The translations under genes and the position numbers were made by a program. The notes beneath the pieces are model-generated. The model ran no database searches and was not told where the DNA came from. It was given only the letters and a program-made list of their open reading frames with translations. A stretch of DNA of 64,000 nucleotides from Myxococcota bacterium (GTDB lineage: Bacteria; Myxococcota_A; SURF-8): NCBI GenBank assembly GCA_963674735.2, contig CAXXQS010000002.1, forward strand, positions 1,312,001 through 1,376,000, written 5' to 3'. Position 1 is the first letter of the stretch, and each line of letters starts with the position of its first letter. Shown in pieces: positions 48,135 through 57,792 of this stretch.

Positions 48135-49151
48135 TCAATGGGCCGGGCCTTTGAGCAGTTCTTCAGCGATCTGCACGGCGTTTAACGCCGCGCCTTTCCG
48201 CAAGTTGTCGGATACACACCAGAAATTGAGCGCATGGGGGTTGGACAAATCTACGCGGGTGCGGCCCACGTAAACCGGATCGGTCCCGACGGCCTGAGTC
48301 ACCATGGGATAGCGGTTTTCAGCCGGATCGTCCACGACCTCAATGCCGGGGGCTTTGCGCCAAAGGGAATGGGCTTCGGTTACGCTCAGCGGCCGGTCGA
48401 ACTCGGCGTAAACGGACTCGCTATGACCGCTGGCCACCGGAATGCGGACGCAGGTCGCGGTGACGCCTACTTCCGGTAAGTCCATGATTTTGCGCGTCTC
48501 CCATACCATTTTCATCTCTTCTTTGGTCCAGCCGCCCTCCAGGAAGACATCGATGTGGGGTAGGGCGTTGAAAGCAATGGGGTGGACGAACTTCTGGTAG
48601 TCGAAGGCGTGTCCGTCCAATGCGGCGCGTGTGGAATCCAGCATCTCCTGCCGGGCGCGTGAACCCGCTCCCGAGACCGCCTGGTAGGTCGACACGATGA
48701 TGCGCTTGAGTCCGGCGGCGTCGTGCAGCGGCTTGAGTGCTACCAGCATCTGAATGGTGGAGCAGTTGGGATTGGCGATGATGCCTTGATGGGCGAACAT
48801 CGCTTCCCGGTTGACTTCCGGAACCACCAGGGGGATATCGGGTTCGTTGCGGAAGGCGGAGGTGTTATCGATCACCACCGCTCCCGCTTCGGCGAAACGC
48901 GGAGCAAAAACCTTGGAAACGGATGCTCCCGCCGAAAAGAGGGCGATGTCGATATTTTGTATATCGGCGGTTTCGAGATCCTCTACAACCAGCGTTTCTC
49001 CGCGGAACACGACGGCGTTGCCTGCCGAACGGGCGGAGGCGAACAGTCGCAGGCTATCGAGTGAAAAATGACGCTCTTCCAGAATGGAGAGTATGGTTTG
49101 GCCAACGGCGCCGGTGGCGCCCACAATGGCTACCCGAGGATTTTTCGGCAT
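48135..49151 (-). CDS. asd: Aspartate-semialdehyde dehydrogenase
   Basis: VAIVGATGAVG, IANPNCST, STYQAVSGAG, SDNLRKGAALNAVQIAE. Confidence 0.97.
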   Translation of the reverse strand: MPKNPRVAIVGATGAVGQTILSILEERHFSLDSLRLFASARSAGNAVVFRGETLVVEDLETADIQNIDIALFSAGASVSKVFAPRFAEAGAVVIDNTSAFRNEPDIPLVVPEVNREAMFAHQGIIANPNCSTIQMLVALKPLHDAAGLKRIIVSTYQAVSGAGSRARQEMLDSTRAALDGHAFDYQKFVHPIAFNALPHIDVFLEGGWTKEEMKMVWETRKIMDLPEVGVTATCVRIPVASGHSESVYAEFDRPLSVTEAHSLWRKAPGIEVVDDPAENRYPMVTQAVGTDPVYVGRTRVDLSNPHALNFWCVSDNLRKGAALNAVQIAEELLKGPAH

Positions 49152-49355
49152 GAAACACCTCAATTTCTTACGTTCAAACGAAATATTCAGAGCCCAATTT
49201 CATATCACTAATCACCGGACAGTTCAAGCGTAAAGACTGGGGCTTTTTGGCTGAAAAGTAAAAAAACTTGTAAAGCTTCCATGGGTTAAGTAGAATCGAA
49301 AACCTATTTATGGACTTTTGTAGCTCCATGGACTTGGAAGAAGTGGCGGTCAGTA

Positions 49356-51296
49356 ATGGATGTCAAGTGCCCGCGATGTCAGGTGTCTTTTGAAGGTGGA
49401 GAATTTCCCGCCAGTGGTACCAAACGGCTTAGTTGCCCGATTTGCAGAACTTATTTTGAAGTAAGTTTTAGCGCCACCATTTTGACGCCGGATCAGCCGG
49501 AGAAGGCGAAATCGGTTGAAGAGCCGGTACGGGTGGCTCCGATCATTTCTGCAAAGAGTGATCAGCAGGATGATGAAGTTCGCCAGCGCGAAGAGGACGA
49601 GCGTCGCCAGCGTGAAGAGGACGAGCGTCGCCAGCGCGAAGAAGACGAGCGTCGCCAGCGCGAAGAGGACGAACGTCGCCAGCGTGAGGAAGACGAGCGC
49701 CGCCAACGTGAGGAAGACGAACGCCGCCAACGTGAGGAAGACGAACGTCGCCAGCGTGAAGAGGACGAGCATCGCCAGCGTGAGGAAGACGAGCGCCGCC
49801 AACGTGAAGAAGACGAGCGCCGCCAACGTGAGGAAGACGAGCGCCGTAAACGTAAGGAAGACGAGCGCCGCCAACGTGAAGAAGACGAGCGCCGCCAACG
49901 TGAGGAAGACGAGCGCCGTAAACGTAAGGAAACCGAAGAGCGAAAGCGCCGGGAAAAAGAAGAGCGCGAACGTAAAGCTGCAGACGAGCGTCGCCACAAA
50001 CAAGAAGCTGAACGCCAGCGACAGAAGGAACAAGAGCGCAAGCGGCAGCAGGAAGCTCGACAACGGAAAGACAAGAAAGAAGACAAATCCGCAGCCGCCA
50101 AAGCGAGCCGAAAGAGTTCGGACAGACACCAGGGTCTGGTGGAAGAGCAGGATCACGATGCGGTGACCGGCTTTTTCGATTCCAAACCCACCCTGAAGGA
50201 TTATCACAAGGAATTCGAGCCGTTGGACTTTACGGATCTCGATTCAAAGGAAGATCATTCCCGGCGGCATATGTACTACATCGGCGTTTTTCTTGCGCTG
50301 TTTGTTGTGGTGGGCGGTTCGTTGGCCTGGTTTATCAGTGACAATATTTCCAAACGCCGAGAAGCCGAACGAACCGTGTTTTTGTATGAGGCGGGAATTA
50401 CCGAAGAAGAGACGGAAATCACTCTCAAAGACGATCTCGGTATGCCTGCCATCGAAAAGCCCAAATCTTTCGACGAGTTGGAGCAGGAACCCGGGATTAC
50501 CGGAATGGCGGAGGAGCCTGCTGAAGAGCCTGCGATAGAGCCACCGGCGGAAGAAGCCCCGGCTGCGGAAGCCATCGAGGTAGCCCAAGCCGCAGCAGAA
50601 CCGCCTGCAGAAGAGGCCCCCGCACCCGAGGCCGTCGAAGCGGCACAGGTCGCCGAAGCTCAGGCGCAAGCCCTTGCGCAAGAAGAGGCGCGCCGTCAGG
50701 CCGAGGAAGAAGCCAAGCGCAAGCAGCAAGAGGAAGCTCGGTTGGCGGCCGAAGCCGATGCTCGTCGGCAAGCGGAAGAAACGGCTCGGCGTGAAGAGGA
50801 ATCCCGACGCCAGGCTGCCTTGGCGCAACAGCAGGCGGAAGAACGGCGGCAGGCCGAAGAAGCCAAACGCCAGGAAGAAGTCCGGCGCAAGGAAGCCGAG
50901 CGAAAGCGCAAGGAAGCGGAAGCCGAAAAGCGTCGGCGCGAACAAGCCCAGGCAGCGGCGGCGACGCCCGCCCCGACACCAGCTCCGGCGGCGACTCCGG
51001 CTCCCAAAGCCCAATCCAAGCCTGCGTTGTCGCCCGCCCAGCGTCGTCAAAACGCTCTCGACCATTACCGAAGCGGAAACCAGATGATCACGGCCCGCAA
51101 TTTCAACGGGGCGATTACGGAATATCGGCAAGCGCTTGAATTCAATCCGGCTTTCGCCCAGGCGCATCGCGGTTTGGGTATTGCCTACGCGTCGCTCGGA
51201 CGCAGCCAGGATGCCGTGCGCGAATATCGTCTGTATCTGAAAATGGCTCCGAACGCTCCCGACGCCAATCAGGTACGTCAGATTCTAGGTGAATAG
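49356..51296 (+). CDS. Bitopic protein: N-terminal zinc ribbon, E/R repeat helix, TM, Ala/Glu/Pro linker, charged helix, C-terminal TPR
   Basis: CPRC...CPIC; (EEDERRQR)n; TM YYIGVFLALFVVVGGSLAWFI; terminal TPR AHRGLGIAY...YLKMAPNAPDA. Confidence 0.85.
   Translation: MDVKCPRCQVSFEGGEFPASGTKRLSCPICRTYFEVSFSATILTPDQPEKAKSVEEPVRVAPIISAKSDQQDDEVRQREEDERRQREEDERRQREEDERRQREEDERRQREEDERRQREEDERRQREEDERRQREEDEHRQREEDERRQREEDERRQREEDERRKRKEDERRQREEDERRQREEDERRKRKETEERKRREKEERERKAADERRHKQEAERQRQKEQERKRQQEARQRKDKKEDKSAAAKASRKSSDRHQGLVEEQDHDAVTGFFDSKPTLKDYHKEFEPLDFTDLDSKEDHSRRHMYYIGVFLALFVVVGGSLAWFISDNISKRREAERTVFLYEAGITEEETEITLKDDLGMPAIEKPKSFDELEQEPGITGMAEEPAEEPAIEPPAEEAPAAEAIEVAQAAAEPPAEEAPAPEAVEAAQVAEAQAQALAQEEARRQAEEEAKRKQQEEARLAAEADARRQAEETARREEESRRQAALAQQQAEERRQAEEAKRQEEVRRKEAERKRKEAEAEKRRREQAQAAAATPAPTPAPAATPAPKAQSKPALSPAQRRQNALDHYRSGNQMITARNFNGAITEYRQALEFNPAFAQAHRGLGIAYASLGRSQDAVREYRLYLKMAPNAPDANQVRQILGE
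49590..49925 (+). repeat. 14 x 24-bp coding tandem repeat (EEDERRQR)
   Basis: Units such as gaggaagacgagcgccgccaacgt, with synonymous variation and a few K/H substitutions. Confidence 0.93.
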
Positions 51297-51331
51297 CGCC
51301 CCGTGCGGAACCATAACCGCCAGTTAAACGC

Positions 51332-51365
51332 AGAGGGAACCCCGCAAGAGGTTCCCTCTTTTTTT
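51332..51365 (+). terminator. Rho-independent terminator
   Basis: AGAGGGAACC-CCGCAAGA-GGTTCCCTCT-TTTTTT. Confidence 0.8.
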
Positions 51366-51371
51366 CGATGG

Positions 51372-52127
51372 TTGAGACGCATCGGGCGCGCCGCCGCCGA
51401 TTTGGTTTATCCGGTCACCTGTCCTCACTGTCGCCGCTACCTCGCTCGCGACGACCCCTGGCCGCTGTGTCATGAATGCCAATTGTTGATCGAACCTCTG
51501 GCCGGGTCGTTGTGTCCGATTTGCGGCCATCCCGCCCCTTCTGGCACGCTGTGTCAGGCTTGCGAAGCGGGTCGGACCCCCGAACCCTCCATCCGCCTCC
51601 GTTCCGTCGCCCGTTACGCTGGTCCGGTGCGATCCGCCATTCTGGCCGCCAAAGCCGGAGGACGTCAGGATATCGCCCGTCGTTTGGGCGATCCGCTGCT
51701 CTCGCTGGTGCCGCCCTTGATCGATGAACCGTCCAAGGCGGTTTTCGTGCCGGTTCCGCTGCACCCTATCCGTCGTCGGCAGCGAGGCTTCAATTTGACC
51801 GATGATATGGCACGGACCGTGGCGGCGGGTGTCGGTGCGCGCAGTCGCCCCGGATGGTTGCGCCGTACGCAGAACACCGCCTCGCAGGTGGGTAAATCGT
51901 TGGAAGAACGGGTGGCGAATGTGGCGGGAGCGTTTGCCTGTCCACGTCCGGAGTCCGTGGTCGGATCGCGGGTGGTGCTGGTGGACGATGTCGCCACCAC
52001 GGCCGCGACCCTGGCCGCTTGCGCCCGGCCGCTGCTCGATGCCGGAGCATCCGAGGTGGTGGGCATCACGCTGGCGCGCGCGCTCAGTCCGTTAGCCGAC
52101 CGTCGCCGCCGGAAGCAGTCGGTTTAA
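51372..52127 (+). CDS. comF: ComF family protein (double zinc ribbon + PRTase domain)
   Basis: Four CxxC; VPVPLH..RRRQRGFN; VVLVDDVATT; start uncertain (TTG 51372 chosen because a terminator lies within the longer ORF). Confidence 0.88.
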   Translation: MRRIGRAAADLVYPVTCPHCRRYLARDDPWPLCHECQLLIEPLAGSLCPICGHPAPSGTLCQACEAGRTPEPSIRLRSVARYAGPVRSAILAAKAGGRQDIARRLGDPLLSLVPPLIDEPSKAVFVPVPLHPIRRRQRGFNLTDDMARTVAAGVGARSRPGWLRRTQNTASQVGKSLEERVANVAGAFACPRPESVVGSRVVLVDDVATTAATLAACARPLLDAGASEVVGITLARALSPLADRRRRKQSV

Positions 52128-52141
52128 CCCTTCAAAGCTAC

Positions 52142-53479
52142 CTAGAAATTCGCGATATCATCAATGAATTCGGGGCGGTCGATAAAGGGATTGCGGTTGT
52201 TCTGGTAGCTTTCGATGGCGTCGTTACGAGCCTCTTCGTAATCGGATGGCGGATCGTTCCGATTCCAGGCTTTCAGCGTGGTTTCCTGGGCGCTGTCCAC
52301 CGCCATGTTGTAGCGAACGGAGAAGTAGAATATCGCGCGTGCCACGTCGCCTTTGTGGACATCGCGCGGTTCAAAGCATTTATTGCCACTGGCATCCCAG
52401 CCCAGCTTGCTTCCGCTATCCTGCCAATCCACCGTGACGACGTTGCAGAACGGCAAGTTGCTGCGGCGGCTGTTGGCGGTGGATTTGGTGGGAAAAAGAT
52501 GAAAGATGTCGGAGCGGGCCGGTTCGGAACCGGCACCCAGGCTTTGCGGCCAAGAATGCTCGGTGTTCATCAACGTGGAGTTCGGAACGCCGTCGGTGCT
52601 GACCAGCAGGCCGGTATAGACGCACTCCACCTGGCCGTTATGATTGTCGATATCGCTGTATATGGCGTCTTTGGCGTTGTCGTAACCCAGGCTGTGATGC
52701 CCGTCGATGCGCGATTCGAGACAGGCTCGCAAGGTGGAATCGGACAGGTCGTCGCAAGCGCTGAAACCGGTGTTATTGTTGTCCCAGTCGAAGTCGCCAT
52801 CGGTCTCATCGCCATCGGTCTCATCGCCATCGGTCTCATCGCCGTCGGTCTCATCGCCGTCGGTCTCATCCCCATCCGGGTCGTCGCCGTCCGGTTCGAA
52901 CACGCATTCACCTTCCTCGCAAACGGAATCGGCCGGGCAGGTCGCCGTGTCGTCGTAGGCGTTACCATATTCGTTGCAGCGGCCGCGTGTCTGAGCGTCG
53001 ACGCAGGTGTTTTCACCGGGGATGCAGATCCACTCTTCCGGTACGCACTGGCCCGACAGGCATTGTTCGTTCAAGCCGCAACGTTGCGGGTCGGAGAAGT
53101 CGGAACCGGCGTCGTTGCATTGCCAACGGGCGGTATCGTCGAAGCACTCCCACTGGCCGGGCGAGCAAACGGCTTCAGCCTCGCGGCATTGACCGGCCTG
53201 ACAGACTTCGTTATCGGCGCAAAGGGCGAGGTTTTCGTAATCGCTTCCGTTTTCATTGCAGCGCCAGCGGGAATAGTCGTCGTAACAGAACCACACACCG
53301 GGTGTGCAGAGATCGCCGATTTCGGTGCCGTCCGTATCCTGGTCGCCATCGGCGCCGGATCCATCGCCATCGGGGTCGTCGCCGTCGCTTGTGTTGGAAT
53401 CGAGGTCATCCCCGCTGCAGGCGGTCAGGGTCATCAGGAAAAGGGCCATCCACATCCACAGTCGCCAGGTACTCTGCAT
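52142..53479 (-). CDS. Lipoprotein with Cys-repeat stalk, DGDET linker and C-terminal endonuclease I (EndA/Bsn-like) domain
   Basis: Lipobox LTAC; NTEHSWPQS, DIFHLFPT, N.RRSN.PF, KGDVARAIFYF, RNDAI...QNNRNPFID. Confidence 0.9.
   Translation of the reverse strand: MQSTWRLWMWMALFLMTLTACSGDDLDSNTSDGDDPDGDGSGADGDQDTDGTEIGDLCTPGVWFCYDDYSRWRCNENGSDYENLALCADNEVCQAGQCREAEAVCSPGQWECFDDTARWQCNDAGSDFSDPQRCGLNEQCLSGQCVPEEWICIPGENTCVDAQTRGRCNEYGNAYDDTATCPADSVCEEGECVFEPDGDDPDGDETDGDETDGDETDGDETDGDETDGDFDWDNNNTGFSACDDLSDSTLRACLESRIDGHHSLGYDNAKDAIYSDIDNHNGQVECVYTGLLVSTDGVPNSTLMNTEHSWPQSLGAGSEPARSDIFHLFPTKSTANSRRSNLPFCNVVTVDWQDSGSKLGWDASGNKCFEPRDVHKGDVARAIFYFSVRYNMAVDSAQETTLKAWNRNDPPSDYEEARNDAIESYQNNRNPFIDRPEFIDDIANF
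52794..52894 (-). repeat. 15-bp coding tandem repeat (DGDET)5 plus DGDDP
   Basis: Five copies of tcgccRtcggtctca on the + strand, then a degenerate continuation. Confidence 0.9.
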
Positions 53480-53648
53480 CACATCCTCATCCATTCATAT
53501 GTGGCCACCGGCCCCACCAACCGACGAATTTACGCCGCTCATCGGTCTGTGTCCAGCAAAAGTGACGGATATTGATGAATTGCCGTGACAGCCATTCGAG
53601 CCCGCGTTATGGTGAGTGGAGCGCGACAACACGAGGCAAGGGACCACC

Positions 53649-55061
53649 ATGCGTGTGCTGTGGATACACCCGCCGTTGCGGGTTCATACTCAACATATCG
53701 ATTATCCGGCGTTTGCCTCGCTGGCCGTGTGGCAGAATGCGGCCCATTTGGCCGCTTGCGGTCATTCCGTCGACGTTCTCGACGCCTTCGCCTTGCCGAC
53801 GGCGGATCGTCGCGACGATCCGCCCTATTTCGTACTGGGTGCAACCCTTGACGAGATGGAATCGCGGATTGCCGAGGCGCGTTTCGAGGTGGCCATCCTG
53901 CACCTGGGAGCTTTCAGCGTCCAGAATCCCGACCCGGCGTTGCTATGGCGTCTAGTGGCCGCCTGCCGTGCCGGGTGCCCCGACGCTCCGGTGATTTTCG
54001 CCGATGCGCATATTGGAGGCATGAATTACGTCGCCTACGATCCCGGACGCTACCTGACGCATCCCAATCGGCCCGATTGGCTGGTGCGCTACGAGGGGGA
54101 AGTCGCGCTTGCATCCCTACTCGATACCTTGGAAAAGCACCCGTCCGATTCTCCGTTGCGTGCGCAACCCATCGATGGTCGTCCGTTGAAAGGGCCGTTG
54201 TCCGCCTATGGCGGCGAAGTCTACAGGCAGGTGGATCTGCGCGCCTACCGTGCCTTTCTTGCTCGGGCGCTTGCCGCCGATACGCGTCCCAACCCCTTTG
54301 CCGCGACGCCCGGTACTTTGCCGTTCAAGGCCAGCCGCGGTTGTTGCTTCGCCTGTCGTTTCTGCACCAGCAATCCTGCGGCGGCGGCGGGCATTCCGCG
54401 CGAATGGCGACCGCTGGATGGCCCGGATCTGGAGGCGCAACTGGCCGCTTTCGCGGCGCTGGAAGGGGTCGACAAGCTGTGGGTGCTCGATGAGGCGGCC
54501 AACGTGGGGCGGGAACACTTCGACCGGTTGCTGGATGGAGCGATTCGGCACGGCCTGAAACTGGAATTTCCCAACGGATTACGCGCCGATAAGCTTTCTC
54601 GCGAGCAGGTTGCGAAGTTGGCCGGGCTCATCTCGCGTCTGTCTCTGTCGCCCGAATCGGGATCACCGGGTGTGCTCGACCGCCTGATTCACAAACACCA
54701 GAGCCTGGAGCGTGTGGAGGAAGTGGCCCGTTGGGCGCAGGAAGACGGCTTGCCGGTGGGGCTGCATTTCATGGTCGGTTTTCCGGGTGAAAGCGCCGAA
54801 GATATTCGCAGCACGTTTTTCGTTGCCCGTGACCTTTACGTCCGTACCGGGGCGGAACCCTGGGTGCAGTTCGTCGTGGCGCTGCCGGGGACGGCTGTCT
54901 TTGAAACGTGCCGTAAAAACGGTTGGTTACCGGACTCCTTGCCCATCGATTACAACCCGCTTTTTCAGGATACTCCCATGCTGAAAGACGGGGCTTGCGG
55001 CCTGTCCAATACCGAACTGATTAACTTAAAACGAGCGTTGATGCGCGATCTGGGTTTTTGA
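53649..55061 (+). CDS. B12-binding-domain radical SAM protein
   Basis: ASRGCCFACRFC (CxxxCxxC); FPNGLRAD; SPESGS; HFMVGFPGES; LPGT. Confidence 0.85.
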   Translation: MRVLWIHPPLRVHTQHIDYPAFASLAVWQNAAHLAACGHSVDVLDAFALPTADRRDDPPYFVLGATLDEMESRIAEARFEVAILHLGAFSVQNPDPALLWRLVAACRAGCPDAPVIFADAHIGGMNYVAYDPGRYLTHPNRPDWLVRYEGEVALASLLDTLEKHPSDSPLRAQPIDGRPLKGPLSAYGGEVYRQVDLRAYRAFLARALAADTRPNPFAATPGTLPFKASRGCCFACRFCTSNPAAAAGIPREWRPLDGPDLEAQLAAFAALEGVDKLWVLDEAANVGREHFDRLLDGAIRHGLKLEFPNGLRADKLSREQVAKLAGLISRLSLSPESGSPGVLDRLIHKHQSLERVEEVARWAQEDGLPVGLHFMVGFPGESAEDIRSTFFVARDLYVRTGAEPWVQFVVALPGTAVFETCRKNGWLPDSLPIDYNPLFQDTPMLKDGACGLSNTELINLKRALMRDLGF

Positions 55062-55063
55062 TT

Positions 55064-56878
55064 TCAGGCCAACAACAGCACTTGAGATAGACTGATGGCC
55101 CCTTGCGGGTCGAGGCGTTTCACCTGTGTGCTTATTTGTCCGAGAACCAAGACGCTCCGCTGCGCCCATTCCCCCGCCAAATACCGAGTGGTTTCCGGCT
55201 CTTCGGAAGTGATCGGCTTCAGCCAGTCGCCGATCCGCCGCGCCACATCGGCCTGCAGATGGAAAGAGTTTCCCTGAGGTTCCAGATGTGTTTCGAGGAA
55301 ATGCGTGAAATCCTCACGGTTTATCGGTGTGTAGGCCAGCTCTTTTCCCGCCGTCGCATTAACGTAAAGGGTGAGGAAGAGTTTGACGAAGCGCAAATCC
55401 GGGTCGAGCGGGTCGAGCCCGATGTCGACGATACCCTTCACCACTTTTTTGGGATCGACAGCCAGGATACGGAAGTGGAGATCGAAGAGAAATTCGAGAC
55501 GCGTCAGCAGCAGCTTGGCGCGCTCCAGTTCACTCAAATTGGTAAACGGGCGGCTGATCATCGCGCCATCGCCTTCCGCGCCTGCAAAATAGAGCGGGGG
55601 CTGGCGCATCAGGCCTTGCAGCACTTCGCGCGTAGGGGAGGAAATAAGTTTCAGCGCCCCGCGTCCGGTGGGGGTGACGTAGCGTTCCTGAAACGCTGCC
55701 GCGCGACGATGTAAAAGACGAATGAGGCTGTAGCCGACCCGGAAGGCCTGGCTAAAGGGAATTTGTGTGGCAAGGGCCTCTCCCTGCGCGACATCACCCT
55801 CGGCCAGGTATTCCATCCCCAGAGAGAGAGTCCGGTGCGCTTCGTCGAGGGCGTCACGGATGCGATCGAGATCGTGAATGCTTTTACGGGCGACGATCAA
55901 CCGATTGGCCAGGAGCACCAGTTCTCCCCGCCAGGTTTCACGCAGGCTGGAGTCGGCCCCACTCAGTATTCGGGTCAGGAAACTCTCGGCTTCCAGCAGG
56001 TGTCCGTAATAAGCGGGTAACTGAACGTCGTCGGAGGTTAGCCGTGTTTTACGCGGCTGTTCCTGCTGCCACTGTTTTTTCGCCGTTTCGGGATTTAGCG
56101 GAGCGAACAGCTGCAAGGCATCGAGGTATTCGGGATAGCCGTGATCGCTTAATCGGTCACAGTGCGCACGATAGGCCAACTCCTCGACATTCGAAGACAT
56201 TTCCCACAATATCACCTCCATCAGGTAGCGATAGAGCGGATAATCGATTTTATAGAGCATCTGCAAAAAGACCGCCAGCCGTTCGCTTTGGGTGGACTCG
56301 GGGTCGATCAGTTCGAAAAGATAGAGATCGTCGAATGAAAACAGGCTGTCGTCGTCGATGTAGTTACGGTCTTCGTACCATTCGTAGCGGTGCACCTGGA
56401 TGTGTTTGGAAAGCATCAAAACGACGATTTCCGGATCGATTTCACGGAGTTTGAAGACGGCTTGTTCCGGGTCGAGCTGCATGAGGTAGCCGAACCAATC
56501 CAGCATTTCGGAGGCATCGAGCGTATCCGCTTCCCAGCAGGTCATATCGAAAATATGGGTGATCTGGGCCGGGGCGGCCTCGAAAAGAAGATCGACCGCG
56601 TCGGTGCGTCCGGCGGCTTCCATGGTGAAGAACAGGTCTTCGGGCGAGAGCGAGCGAACCAGTTCCGGCCAATCTTCGGCTGCGCGCAGCAACTGGTATT
56701 TTTTACGGTAATCCAGCCGGGAAATCAGCTCCTGGCGCTCGAGCGGCGTCAAGGCGTTGATGGCTTCGTCGGTCATATCGAGGTTGGCGAAGGTGGGAAA
56801 CAAGTCTCGAATGGCCGAATCGGTCAAATGGCGACCCTCGCCGACGAGGCTCAGCTTACTTTTTTTCTCATCACTCAT
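55064..56878 (-). CDS. Conserved deltaproteobacterial hypothetical protein (DUF6178-like)
   Basis: LVRSLSPEDLF...IFDMTCW...EELAYR...RLSDHGY...LSLGMEYL...FRVGYS pattern. Confidence 0.75.
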   Translation of the reverse strand: MSDEKKSKLSLVGEGRHLTDSAIRDLFPTFANLDMTDEAINALTPLERQELISRLDYRKKYQLLRAAEDWPELVRSLSPEDLFFTMEAAGRTDAVDLLFEAAPAQITHIFDMTCWEADTLDASEMLDWFGYLMQLDPEQAVFKLREIDPEIVVLMLSKHIQVHRYEWYEDRNYIDDDSLFSFDDLYLFELIDPESTQSERLAVFLQMLYKIDYPLYRYLMEVILWEMSSNVEELAYRAHCDRLSDHGYPEYLDALQLFAPLNPETAKKQWQQEQPRKTRLTSDDVQLPAYYGHLLEAESFLTRILSGADSSLRETWRGELVLLANRLIVARKSIHDLDRIRDALDEAHRTLSLGMEYLAEGDVAQGEALATQIPFSQAFRVGYSLIRLLHRRAAAFQERYVTPTGRGALKLISSPTREVLQGLMRQPPLYFAGAEGDGAMISRPFTNLSELERAKLLLTRLEFLFDLHFRILAVDPKKVVKGIVDIGLDPLDPDLRFVKLFLTLYVNATAGKELAYTPINREDFTHFLETHLEPQGNSFHLQADVARRIGDWLKPITSEEPETTRYLAGEWAQRSVLVLGQISTQVKRLDPQGAISLSQVLLLA

Positions 56879-57151
56879 CGTGGCACGCTCCGTAAGGATG
56901 ACTGCCTGCATACAATGGCGATTCCACGGGGTTTGTCAAGCTGATTCGGGGATGATTTCAATGAAAACGCTTCCCCGAATCCATAAAAAATCGGTGATTT
57001 TCGGATGCGGTCGGTCTTAATTGTTTTGCCTCAACCCAAAAAAGAGTTTGCACACAGCCGTTTCATGTTGTATGGGGTGGAATGAATCGGGCGCACGATC
57101 CGATCTATAAATTGACTGATCGTCCGAGGCAAAAACAACGGGAGACATAGT

Positions 57152-57658
57152 ATGCAGATTGATCGCAATTGCCTGGTGGTGTTTGAATATGTCCTGCGCG
57201 ACGAGGACGGCAACTTGGTTGAAGCCTCGCGGATTGACGAATCGCCTTCCTACATTCACGGTTATCGTCAACTGATTCCGGGTTTGGAACGCCAGATGGA
57301 AGGGCATGAACCGGGGGATCGTTTCACTTGTGAAGTCAAACCCCAGGAAGCATATGGCATGCGTGATGACTCGCTGGTCGTGACCGTGCCGCTAAGCGAG
57401 ATTCCCGATGAAGTGGAACTGAAAATCGGCGATAGCTTCGATGCCGTGAACGAGCAGGGTCATACCATCAAGCTGCAGGTTAAATCCATTGGGGATAGCG
57501 ATGTTTTGCTGGATGCCAACCACGCGTTGGCCGGGAAAACGCTGCATTACGACATCACCATCAAAGATGTGCATCCCGCCACCGAGCAAGAATTGATGGA
57601 AGTCGGCGAGCCGCTTTTCGGTATCGAAGACCCGAATCTGGACAAAAGCAAAAACTAG
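57152..57658 (+). CDS. slyD: FKBP-type peptidyl-prolyl isomerase, SlyD-like (no His-rich tail)
   Basis: YIHG..QLIPGLE..MEG; PQEAYG; LDANHALAGKTLHYD. Confidence 0.9.
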   Translation: MQIDRNCLVVFEYVLRDEDGNLVEASRIDESPSYIHGYRQLIPGLERQMEGHEPGDRFTCEVKPQEAYGMRDDSLVVTVPLSEIPDEVELKIGDSFDAVNEQGHTIKLQVKSIGDSDVLLDANHALAGKTLHYDITIKDVHPATEQELMEVGEPLFGIEDPNLDKSKN

Positions 57659-57792
57659 ACGCGTGTCCCGGTTGTCGTTGGCTGTTTCTTAAATAAGACT
57701 TGCTTCGAGCCCCGATTGGCTGCCGTAGAGGTTGGGTTGGTCGGGGTTTTTCTATTTCGGTCGGTTTCGTTCGAGACGGAGATGCGAGCGGC

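Noticed and set aside
49590-49925. CRISPR-like array
   Set aside because: Contiguous 24-bp in-frame repeats without spacers, varying at synonymous positions; no cas genes
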